Origin: Eledone cirrhosa
Taxonomy: Eukaryota
Direction: 5' to 3'
Length of the DNA: 64,000 bases
Assembly (NCBI GenBank): GCA_964016885.1
Contig: OZ024744.1
Span: forward strand, 27,776,001 to 27,840,000
The translations under genes were made by a program, and so were the position numbers. The notes below the pieces were generated by a model. It was not told where the DNA came from, did no database searches, and saw only the letters and a list, made by a program, of their open reading frames with translations. Shown in pieces: positions 1-11,948 of the stretch (position 1 is the stretch's first letter; every line of letters starts with the position of its first letter).

Positions 1-3000
1 TTATCACTGTTATTGTCATTGTTGTTGTTGTTGTCGCTGTTATCACTGTTATTGTCACTGTTTTTGTTGTTGTCGATATTATCACTGTTATTGTCACTGT
101 TGTTTTTGTTGTTGTCGCTGTTATCACTGTTATTTTCATTGTTTTTGTTGTTGTTCTCGCATTTATCACTGTTATTGTCAGTGTTGTTGTTCTTGTTCTC
201 GCTGTTATCACTGTCGTCGTCACTGTTGTTGTTGTCGCTGTTATGACTGTTATTGTGACTGTTGTTGTTGGTGTTTTCGCTGTTATAACTGTTATTGTCA
301 TTGTTGTTGTTGTCGCTGTTGTCACTGTTATTGACACTGTTGTTGCTGTTGTTCTCGCTGTTATCACTGTTATTGTCACTGTTGTTGTTGTTCTCGCTGT
401 TACCACTGTTATTGTCAATGTTGTTGTTGTTGTCACTGTTATAACTGTTATTGTCACTGTTGTTGTTGTCGCTGTTATAACTCTTATTGTCACTGTTGTT
501 GTTGTTGTTGTCGTTGTTATCACTGTTATTGTCATTATTGTTATTGTCGCTGTTATCACTGTTATTGTCATTGTTGTTGTTGTTGTTGTCGCTGTTATCA
601 CTGTTATTGTCACTGTTGTTGTTGTTGTCGCTTCTATAACTGTTATTGTCACTATTGCTGTTGTTGTTGTCGCTGTTATCACTCTTATTGTCATTGTTGT
701 TGTTGTCGCTGTTATCACTGTTATTGTCACTGTTGTTGTTCTCGCTGTTATAACTGTTATTCTCACTGTTGTTGTTCTCGCTTTTATCAATGGTATTGAC
801 ACTGTTTTTGTTTTTATTGTCGCTGTTAGAACTGTTATTGTCACTGTTGTTATTGTTGTTGTCGCTGTTATAACTGTTATTGTCACTGTTGTTGTTGTTG
901 TTGTTGTTCTCGCTGTTATCACTGTTATTGTCATTGTTGTTGTTGTCGCTGTTATCACTGTGATTGTCATTGTTGTTGTTGTCGCTGTTATCACTGTTAT
1001 TGTCACTGTTGTTGTTGTTCTCGCTGTTATCACTGTTATTGTCACTGTTGTTGTTCTTCTCGCTGTTATCACTGTTATTGTCATTGTTGTTGTTGTTGTG
1101 TTCGCTGTTATAACTGTTATTGTCATTGTTGTTGTTGTTGTTGTTGTCGCTGTTATCACTGTTATTGTCACTGTTGTTGTTGCCGCTGGTATAACTGTTA
1201 TTGTCACTGTTGTTTTTGTTTTTGTCGCTGTTATCACTGTTATTGTCACTGTTGTTGTTGTCGCTGTTATCACTGTGATTGTCATTGTTGTTGTTGTCGC
1301 TGTTATAACTGTTATTGTCACTGTTGTTGTTGTTGTTGTTGTTCTCGCTGTTATCACTGTTATTGTCATTGTTGTTGTTGTCGCTGTTATCACTGTGATT
1401 GTCATTGTTGTTGTTGTCGCTGTTATCACTGTTATTGTCACTGTTGTTGTTGTTCTCGCTGTTATCACTGTTATTGTCACTGTTGTTGTTCTTCTCGCTG
1501 TTATCACTGTTATTGTCATTGTTGTTGTTGTTGTGTTCGCTGTTATAACTGTTATTGTCATTGTTGTTGTTGTTGTTGTTGTCGCTGTTATCAATGTTAT
1601 TGTCACTGTTGTTGTTGCCGCTGGTATAACTGTTATTGTCACTGTTGTTTTTGTTTTTGTCGCTGTTATCACTGTTATTGTCACTGTTGTTGTTGTCGCT
1701 GTTATAACTGTTATTGTCACTGTTGTTGTTGTTGTTGTCACTGTTATCACTGTTATTGTCACTGTTGTTGTTGTTCTCGCTGTTATCACTGTTATTGTCA
1801 TTGTTGTTGTTGTCGCTGTATTCACTGTTATTGTCACTGTTGCTGTTGTTGTCGCTGTTATCTCTGTTATTGTCATTGTTGTTGTCGCTGTTATAACTGT
1901 TATTGTCATTGTTGTTGTTGTTGTTGTTGCTGTTATAACTGTTACTGTCATTTTTGTTGTTGTTGTCGCTGTTATCACTGTTATTTTCATTGTTGTTGTT
2001 GTCGCTGTTATCACAGTTATTGTCACTGTTGTTGTTGTTGTTGTCGCTGTTATCACTGTTATTGTCACTGTTGTTGTTGTCACTGTTATAAATGTTATTG
2101 TCACTGTTGTCGTTGTTGTCGCTGTTATCACTGTTATTGTCACTGTTGTTGTTGTTGTTGTCGCTCTCATAACTGTTCTTTTCACTGTTGTTGTTGTTGT
2201 TGTTCTCGCTGTTATCACTGTTATTGTCACTGTTGTTGTCGCTGTTATCACTGTTATTGTTACTGTTGTTATTGTTGTTGTTGCTGTTATCACTGTTATT
2301 GTCACTGTTGTAGTTGTTGTCGCTGTTATAACTGTTATTGTCACTGTTGTTGTTGCTGTCGCTGTTATCACTGTTATTGTCATTGTTGTTGTTGTTGTGG
2401 CTGTTATCACTGTTATTGTCACTGTTGTTGTCGCTGTTATCACTGTTATTTTCATTGTTGTTGTTGTTGTTCTCTCTGTTATCACTGTTATTGTCACTGT
2501 TGTTGTTGTTCTCGCTGTTATAATTGTTATTGTGACTGTTGTTGTTGTCGCTGTTATAACTGTTATTGTCATTGTTGTTGTTGTTGTCGCTGTTATCACT
2601 GTTATGAACACTGTTGTTGTTGTTGTTCTCGCTGTTATCATGGTTATTGTCACTGTTGTTGTTGTTGTCGCTGTCATAACTCTTATTGTCACTGTTGTTG
2701 TTGTTGTTGTCGTTGTTATCACTGTTATTGTCATTATTTTGTTCTCGCTGTTATCACTGGTATTGACACAGTTGTTGTTGTTGTTGTCGCTGTTATAACT
2801 GTTATTGTCTCTGTTGATGTTGTTGTTGTCGCTGTTATAACTGTTATTGTCACTGTTGTTGTTGTCGCTGTTATAACTCTTATTGTCACTGTTGTTGTTG
2901 TTGTCGTCGTTGTTATCACTGTTATTGTCATTATTGTTGTTGTTGCTGTTATCACTGTTATTGTCATTGTTGTTGTTGTTGTCGCTGTTATCACTGTTAT

Positions 3001-6000
3001 TGTCCCTGTTGTTGTTGTCGCTGTTATAAATGTTATTGTCACTATTGCTTTTGTTGTTGTCGCTCTTATCACTCTTATTGTCATTGCTGTTGTTGTTCTC
3101 GCTGCTATGCCTGTTATTGTCATTGTTGTTGTTGTTGTACTCGCTGTTATCACTGTTATTGTCATTGTTGTTGTTGTTGTCGCCGTTATCACGGTTATTG
3201 TCACTGTTTTTGTTGTTGTCGCCATTATCACTGTTATTGTCACTGTTGTTTTTGTTGTTGTCGATGTTATCACTGTTATTTTCATTGTTTTTGTTGTTGT
3301 TCTCGCATTTATCACTGTTATTGTCAGTGTTGTTGTTGTTGTTCTCGCTGTTATCACTGTTGTTGTCGTTACTGTTGTTGTTGTTGTCGCTGTTATAACT
3401 GTTATTGTCATTGTTGTTGTTGTCGCTGTTATCACTGTTATTGACACTGTTGTTGCTGTTGTTCTCGCTGTTATCACTGTTATTGTCACTGTTGTTGTTA
3501 TTGTTCTCGCTGTTACCACTGTTATTGTCACTATTGTTGTTGTTGTCGCTGTTATAACTCTTATTGTCACTGTTGTTGTTGTTGTTGTCGTTGTTATCAC
3601 TGTAACTGTCATTATTGTTATTGTCGCTGTTATCACTGTTATTGTCATTGTTGTTGTTGTTGTTGTTGTCGTCGCTGTTATCACTTTTATTGTCACTGTT
3701 TTTGTTGTCGCTTCTATAACTGTTATTTTCACTATTGCTATTGTTGTCGCTGTTATCACTCCTATTGTCATTGTTGTTGTTGTCGCTGTTATCACTGTTA
3801 TTGTCACTGTTGTTGTTCTCGCTGTTATAACTGTTATTCTCACTGTTGTTGTTTTTCTCGCTGTTATCACTGGTATTGACACTGTTGTTGTTTTTATTGT
3901 CGCTGTTATAACTGTTATTGTCACTGTTGTTATTGTTGTTGTCGCTGTTATATCTGTTATTGTCACTGTTGTTGTTGTTGTTCTCGCTGTTATCACTGTT
4001 ATTGTCATTGTTGTTGTTGTCGCTGTTATCACTGTTATTGTCACTGTTGTTGTTGCTGTTATAACTCTTATTGTCACTGTTGTTGTTGTTCTCGCTGTTA
4101 TCACTGTTATTGTCACTGTTGTTGTTCTTCTCGCTGTTATCACTGTTATTGTCATTGTTGTTGTTGTTGTGTTCGCTGTTATAACTGTTATTGTCATTGT
4201 TGTTGTTGTTGTCGCTGTTATCACTGTTATTGTCACTGTTGTTGTTGTCGCTGGTATAACTGTTATTGTCACTGTTGTTTTTGTTGTTGTCGCTGTTATC
4301 ACTGTTATTGTCACTGTTGTTGTTGTCGCTGTTATAACTGTTATTCTCACTGTTGTTGTTGTTCTCGCTGTTATCACTGGTATTGACACTGTTGTTGTTT
4401 TTATTGTCGCTGTTATAACTGTTATTGTCACTGTTGTTATTGTTGTTATCGCTGTTATAACTGTTATTGTCACTGTTGTTGTTGTTGTTCTCGCTGTTAT
4501 CACTGTTATTGTCATTGTTGTTGTTGTCGCTGTTATCACTGTTATTGTCATTGTTGTTGTTGTCGCTGTTATCACTGTTATTGTCACTGTTGTTGTTGTT
4601 CTCGCTGTTATCACTGTTATTGTCACTGTTGTTGTTCTTCTCGCTGTTATCACTGTTATTGTCATTGTTGTTGTTGTTGTGTTCGCTGTTATAACTGTTA
4701 TTGTCATTGTTGTTGTTGTTGTCGCTGTTATCACTGTTATTGTCACTGTTGTTGTTGTCGCTGGTATAACTGTTATTGTCACTGTTGTTTTTGTTGTTGT
4801 CGCTGTTATCACTGTTATTGTCACTGTTGTTGTTGTCGCTGTTATAACTGTTATTGTCATTGTTGTTGTTGTTGTCACTGTTATCACTGTTATTGTCACC
4901 GTTGTTGTTGTTCTCGCTGTTATCACTGTTATTGTCATTGTTGTTGTTGTTGTTGTCGCTGTTATCACTGTTATTGTCACTGTTGCTGTTGTTGTCGCTG
5001 TTATCTCTGTTATTGTCATTGTTGTTGTCGCTGTTATAACTGTTATTGTCATTGTTGTTGTTGTTGTTGATGCTGTTATAACTGTTACTGTCATTGTTGT
5101 TGTTCTCGCTGTTATCACTGTTATTTTCATTGTTGTTGTTGTCGCTGTTATCACTGTTATTTTCACTGTTGTTGTTGTTGTTGTCGCTGTTATCACTGTT
5201 ATTGTCACTGTTGTTGTTGTTGTCGCTGTCATAACTGTTCTTTTCACTGTTGTTGTTGTTGTTGTTGTTGTCGCTGTTATAACTGTTATTGTCACTGTTG
5301 TTGTTGCTGTTATAACTCTTATTGTCACTGTTGTTGTTGTCGCTGTTATCTCTGTTATTGTCACAGTTGTTGTTGTCGCTGTTATCATTGTTATTGTCAT
5401 TGTCGTTGTTGTCTCTTTTATAACTGTTATTGTCATTATTGTTGTTGTTGTCGCTGTTATAACTGTTATTGTCACTGTTGTTGTTGTTGCTGTCGGTGTT
5501 ATAACTGTTATTGTCACTGTTGTTATTGATGTTGTCGCTGTTATAACTGTTATTGTCACTGTTGTTGTTGTTGTTGTACTCGCTGTTATCACTGTTATTG
5601 TTGTTTTTGTAGTGGTTGTTATCACTGTTATTGTTACTGTTGTTGTTGTTGCTGTCGCTGTTATTACTGTTATTGTCATTGTTGTTGTTGTTGTGGCTGT
5701 TATCACTGTTGTTGTCGCTGTTATCACTGTTATTTTCATTGTTGTTGTTGTTGTTCTCTCTGTTATCACTGTTATTGTCATTGTTATTGTCACTGTTGTT
5801 GTTGTTCTCGCTGTTATAACTGTTATTGTCATTGTTGTTGTTGTTGTCGCTGTTATCACTGTTATTAACACTGTTGTTGTTGTTCTCGCTGTAATCACTG
5901 TTATTGTCACTGTTGTTGTTGTCGCTGTTATAACTGTTATTGTCACTGTTGTTGTTGGTGTTGTCGCTGTCATAACTCTTATTGTCACTGTTGTTGTTGT

Positions 6001-7700
6001 TGTCGTTGTTATCACTGTTATTGTCATTATTGTTGTTCTCGCTGTTATCACTGGTATTGACACTGTTGTTGTTGTTGTCGCTGTTATAACTGTTATTGTC
6101 TCTGTTGATGTTGTTGTTGTCGCTGTTATAACTGTTATTGTCACTGTTGTTGTTGTAGCTGTTATAACTCTTATTGTCACTGTTGTTGTTGTTGTCGTCG
6201 TTGTTATCACTGTTATTGTCATTATTGTTGTTGTCGCTGTTATCACTGTTATTGTCATTGTTGTTGTTGTTGTCGCTGTTATCACTGTTATTGTCCCTGT
6301 TGTTGTTGTCGCTGTTATAACTGTTATTGTCTCTATTGCTTTTGTTGTTGTCGCTCTTATCACTCTTATTGTCATTGTTGTTGTTGTTCTCGCTGCTATC
6401 CCTGTTATTGTCATTGTTGTTGTTGTTGTACTCGCTGTTATCACTGTTATTGTCATTGTTGTTGTTGTTGTCGCTGTTATCACTGTTATTGTCACTGTTT
6501 TTGTTGTTGTCGATATTATCACTGTTATTGTCACTGTTGTTTTTGTTGTTGTCGCTGTTATCACTGTTATTTTCATTGTTTTTGTTGTTGTTCTCGCATT
6601 TATCACTGTTATTGTCAGTGTTGTTGTTCTTGTTCTCGCTGTTATCACTGTCGTCGTCACTGTTGTTGTTGTCGCTGTTATAACTGTTATTGTGACTGTT
6701 GTTGTTGTTGTTGTCGCTGTTATAACTGTTATTGTCATTGTTGTTGTTGTCGCTGTTATCACTGTTATTGACACTGTTGTTGCTGTTGTTCTCGCTGTTA
6801 TCACTGTTATTGTCACTGTTGTTGTTGTTCTCGCTGTTACCACTGTTATTGTCAATGTTGTTGTTGTTGTCGCTGTTATAACTGTTATTGTCACTGTTGT
6901 TGTTGTCGCTGTTACAACTCTTATTGTCACTGTTGTTGTTGTTGTTGTCGTTGTTATCACTGTTATTGTCATTATTGTTATTGTCGCTGTTATCACTGTT
7001 ATTGTCATTGTTGTTGTTGTTGTTGTCGCTGTTATCACTGTTATTGTCACTGTTGTTGTTGTTGTCGCTTCTATAACTGTTATTGTCACTATTGCTGTTG
7101 TTGTTGTCGCTGTTATCACTCTTATTGTCATTGTTGTTGTTGTCGCTGTTATCACTGTTATTGTCACTGTTGTTGTTCTCGCTGTTATAACTGTTATTCT
7201 CACTGTTGTTGTTCTCGCTGTTATCAATGGTATTGACACTGTTGTTGTTTTTATTGTCGCTGTTAGAACTGTTATTGTCACTGTTGTTATTGTTGTTGTC
7301 GCTGTTATAACTGTTATTGTCACTGTTGTTGTTGTTGTTGTTGTTCTCGCTGTTATCACTGTTATTGTCATTGTTGTTGTTGTCGCTGTTATCAATGTTA
7401 TTGTCACTGTTGTTGTTGCCGCTGGTATAACTGTTATTGTCACTGTTGTTTTTGTTTTTTCGCTGTTATCACTGTTATTGTCACTGTTGTTGTTGTCGCT
7501 GTTATAACTGTTATTGTCACTGTTGTTGTTGTTGTTGTCACTGTTATCACTGTTATTGTCACTGTTGTTGTTGTTCTCGCTGTTATCACTGTTATTGTCA
7601 TTGTTGTTGTTGTCGCTGTATTCACTGTTATTGTCACTGTTGCTGTTGTTGTCGCTGTTATCTCTGTTATTGTCATTGTTGTTGTCGCTGTTATAACTGT
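1..7700. repeat. Paralogous HOR blocks ~1-1900 and ~6440-7700 (offset 6437 at their start)
   Basis: GTCGATATT at 72 and 6509; ATCAATGGT at 786 and 7223. GCCGCTGGT and GCTGTATTC occur in both blocks. Confidence 0.75.
870..1700. repeat. Local tandem duplication, 435-bp offset
   Basis: Rare variants GTGATT (960, 1395) and GCCGCTGGT (1182, 1617) recur at the same 435-bp offset. Boundaries approximate. Confidence 0.8.
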
Positions 7701-9900
7701 TATTGTCATTGTTGTTGTTGTTGTCGCCGTTATCACTGTTATTTTCATTGTTTTTGTTGTTGTTCTCGCATTTATCACTGTTATTGTCAGTGTTGTTGTT
7801 GTTGTTCTCGCTGTTATCACTGTTGTCGTTACTGTTGTTGTTGTTGTCGCTGTTATAACTGTTATTGTCATTGTTGTTGTTGTCGCTGTTATCACTGTTA
7901 TTGACACTGTTGTTGCTGTTGTTCTCGCTGTTATCACTGTTATTGTCACTGTTGTTGTTATTGTTCTCGCTGTTACCACTGTTATTGTCACTATTGTTGT
8001 TGTTGTCGCTGTTATAACTCTTATTGTCACTGTTGTTGTTGTTGTTGTCGTTGTTATCACTGTAACTGTCATTATTGTTATTGTCGCTGTTATCACTGTT
8101 ATTGTCATTGTTGTTGTTGTTGTCGTCGCTGTTATCACTTTTATTGTCACTGTTTTTGTTGTTGTCGCTTCTATAACTGTTATTTTCACTATTGCGGTTG
8201 TTGTCGCTGTTATCACTCCTATTGTCATTGTTGTTGTTGTCGCTGTTATCACTGTTATTGTCCCTGTTGTTGTTCTCGCTGTTATAACTGTTATTCTCAC
8301 TGTTGTTGTTGTTCTCGCTGTTATCACTGGTATTGACACTGTTGTTGTTTTTATTGTCGCTGTTAAAACTGTTATTGTCACTGTTGTTATTGTTGTTGTC
8401 GCTGTTATAACTGTTATTGTCACTGTTGTTGTTGTTGTTCTCGCTGTTATCACTGTTATTGTCATTGTTGTTGTTGTCGCTGTTATCACTGTTATTGTCA
8501 TTGTTGTTGTTGTCGCTGTTATCACTGTTATTGTCACTGTTGTTGTTGTTCTCGCTGTTATCACTGTTATTGTCACTGTTGTTGTTCTTCTCGCTGTTAT
8601 CACTGTTATTGTCATTGTTGTTGTTGTTGTGTTCGCTGTTATAACTGTTATTGTCATTGTTGTTGTTGTTGTTGCTGTTATCACTGTTATTGTCACTGTT
8701 GTTGTTGTCGCTGGTATAACTGTTATTGTCACTGTTGTTTTTGTTGTTGTCGCTGTTATCACTGTTATTGTCACTGTTGTTGTTGTCGCTGTTATAACTG
8801 TTATTCTCACTGTTGTTGTTGTTCTCGCTGTTATCACTGGTATTGACACTGTTGTTGTTTTTATTGTCGCTGTTATAACTGTTATTGTCACTGTTGTTAT
8901 TGTTGTTGTCGCTGTTATAACTGTTATTGTCACTGTTGTTGTTGTTGTTCTCGCTGTTATCACTGTTATTGTCATTGTTGTTGTTGTCGCTGTTATCACT
9001 GTTATTGTCATTGTTGTTGTTGTCGCTGTTATCACTGTTATTGTCACTGTTGTTGTTGTTCTCGCTGTTATCACTGTTATTGTCACTGTTGTTGTTCTTC
9101 TCGCTGTTATCACTGTTATTGTCATTGTTGTTGTTGTTGTGTTCGCTGTTATAACTGTTATTGTCATTGTTGTTGTTGTTGTCGCTGTTATCACTGTTAT
9201 TGTCACTGTTGTTGTTGGCGCTGGTATAACTGTTATTGTCACTGTTGTTTTTGTTGTTGTCGCTGTTATCACTGTTATTGTCACTGTTGTTGTTGTCGCT
9301 GTTATAACTGTTATTGTCATTGTTGTTGTTGTTGTCACTGTTATCACTGTTATTGTCACCGTTGTTGTTGTTCTCGCTGTTATCACTGTTATTGTCATTG
9401 TTGTTGTTGTTGTTGTCGCTGTTATCACTGTTATTGTCACTGTTGCTGTTGTTGTCGCTGTTATCTCTGTTATTGTCATTGTTGTTGTCGCTGTTATAAC
9501 TGTTATTGTCATTGTTGTTGTTGATGCTGTTATAACTGTTACTGTCATTGTTGTTGTTGTCGCTGTTATCACTGTTATTTTCATTGTTGTTGTTGTCGCT
9601 GTTATCACTGTTATTTTCACTGTTGTTGTTGTTGTTGTCGCTGTTATCACTGTTATTGTCACTGTTGTTGTTGTTGTCGCTGTCATAACTGTTCTTTTCA
9701 CTGTTGTTGTTGTTGTTGTTGTTGTCGCTGTTATAACTGTTATTGTCACTGTTGTTGTTGCTGTTATAACTCTTATTGTCACTGTTGTTGTTGTCGCTGT
9801 TATCTCTGTTATTGTCACAGTTGTTGTTGTTGTCGCTGTTATAACTGTTATTGTCACTGTTGTTGTTGTTGCAGTCGGTGTTATAACTGTTATTGTCACT
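3270..9900. repeat. Paralogous blocks ~3270-5370 and ~7730-9830 (offset ~4460), each with an internal ~510-bp duplication
   Basis: GTTGTCGTTACT 3362/7822, GTAACTGTC 3602/8062, GTCACCGTT 4895/9355. GGTATTGAC pairs at 3872+4379 and 8329+8839. Confidence 0.8.
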
Positions 9901-10907
9901 GCTGTTATTGTTGTTGTCGCAGTTATAACTGTTATTGTCACTGTTGTTGTTGTTGTTGTTCTCGCTGTTATCACTGTTATTGTCATTGTTGTTGTTGTCG
10001 CTGTTATCACTGTTATTGTCACTGTTGATGTTGTTCTCGCTGTTATCACTGTTATTGTCACTGTTGTTGTTATTCTCGCTCTTATCACTGTTATTGTCAT
10101 TGTTGTTGTTGTTGTGTTCGCTGTTATAACTGTTATTGTCATTGTTGTTCTTGTTGTTGTCGCTGTTATCACTGTTATTGTCACTGTTGTTGTCGCTGGT
10201 ATAACTGTTATTGTCACTGTTGTTTTCGTTGTTGTCGCTGTTATCACTGTTATTGTCACTGTTGTTGTTGTCGCTGTTATAACTGTTAGTGTCACTGTTG
10301 TTGTTGTTCTCGCTGTTATCACTGTTATTGTCATTGTTGTTTTTGTCGCTGTTATCACTGTTATTGTCACTGTTGCTGTTGTTGTCGCTGTTATCTCTGT
10401 TATTGTCATTTTTTTTTGTCGCTGTTATAACTGTTATTGTCATTGTTGTTGTTGTTGTTGCTGTTATAACTGTTACTGTCATTGTTGTTGTTGTCGCTGT
10501 AATCACTGTTATTTTCATTGTTGTTGTTGTCGCTGTTATCACTGTTATTGTCACTGTTGTTGTTGTTGTTGTCGATTTTATCACTGTTATTGTCACTGTT
10601 GTTGTTGTTGTTGTCGCTGTCATAACTGTTCTTTTCACTGTTGTTGTTGTTGTTGTTGTTGTTGTTGCTGTTATAACTGTTATTGTCACTGTTGTTGTCG
10701 CTGTTATAACTCTTATTGTCACTGTTGTTGTTGTTGTCGCTGTTATCACTGTTATTGTCACAGTTGTTGTTGTCGCTGTTGTCATTGTTATTGTCATTGT
10801 TGTTGTTGTCGCTTTTATAAATGTTATTGTCATTGTAGTTGTTGTTGTCGCTGTTATAACTGTTATTGTCACTGTTGTTGTTGTTGCTGTCGGTGGTATA
10901 ACTGTTA

Positions 10908-11914
10908 TTAGTTACTGTTGTTGTTGTTCTCGCTGTTACCACTGTTATTGTCAATGTTGTTGTTGTTGTCGCTGTTATAACTGTTATTGTCACTGTTGTT
11001 GTTGTCGCTGTTATAACTCTTATTGTCACTGTTGTTGTTGTTGTTGTCGTTGTTATCACTGTTATTGTCATTATTGTTATTGTCGCTGTTATCACTGTTA
11101 TTGTCATTGTTGTTGTTGTTGTTGTCGCTGTTATCACTGTTGTTGTCACTGTTGTTGTTGTTGTCGCTTCTATAACTGTTATTGTCACTATTGCTGTTGT
11201 TGTTGTCGCTGTTATCACTCGTATTGTCATTGTTGTTGTCGCTGTTATCACTGTTATTGTCACTGTTGTTGTTCTGGCTGTTATCACTGGTATTGACACT
11301 GTTGTTGTTTTTATTGTCGCTGTTAGAACTGTTATTGTCACTGTTATTATTGTTGTTGTCGCTGTTATCACTGTTATTGTCACTGTTGTTGTTGTTGTTC
11401 TCGCTGTTGTCACTGTTATTGTCATTGTTGTTGTTGTCGCTGTTATCACTGTTATTGTCATTGTTGTTGTCGCTGTTATCACTGTTATTGTCACTGTTGT
11501 TGTTCTTCTCGCTGTTATCACTGTTATTGTCACTGTTGTTGTTCTTCTCGCTGTTATCACTGTTATTGTCGTTGTTGTTGTTGTGTTCGCTGTTATAACT
11601 GTTATTATCATTGTTGTTGTTGTTGTTGTTGTCGCTGTTATCACTGTTATTGTCACTGTTGTTGTTGTCGCTGGTATAACTGTTATTGTCACTGTTGTTT
11701 TTGTTGTTGTCGCTGTTATCACTGTTATTGTCACTGTTGTTGTTGTCGCTGTTATCACTGTCATTGTCATTGTTGTTGTTGTTGTCGCTGTTATCACTGT
11801 TATTGTCACTGTTGTTGTTCCCGCTGTTATCACTGTTATTGTCACTGTTGCTGTTGTTGTCGCTGTTATCTCTGTTATTGTCATTGTTGTTGTCGCTGTT
11901 ATAACTGTTATTGT

Positions 11915-11948
<34 letters not shown>

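Noticed and set aside
13-246. Short Leu/Ser ORFs resembling signal peptides or leucine zippers
   Set aside because: This is the TTG frame of the repeat. Each ORF usually ends at the next ATA-ACT variant, which creates TAA.
243-2798. Long + strand Val/Ile/Thr/Ala ORFs (this one and all similar ones, up to 1758 aa) as membrane proteins
   Set aside because: They are the direct translation of RYY triplets. They have no domains or hydrophilic loops, overlap equally long ORFs in other frames, and drift into Cys- or Leu-rich sequence at phase shifts.
10406-10418. T runs (also ~38065, 52337, 56835, 57737) as terminators or retroelement poly(A) tails
   Set aside because: They arise from G>T changes inside (GTT)n. 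There are no hairpins, target-site duplications or element bodies.
2734-10872. Giant minus-strand Thr-rich or Asn/Asp/Ser-rich ORFs as mucins, adhesins or ice-binding proteins
   Set aside because: No signal peptide, anchor or unique domain. Two minus frames are open simultaneously, and ORF ends coincide with satellite indels, several of which are amplified in multiple copies.
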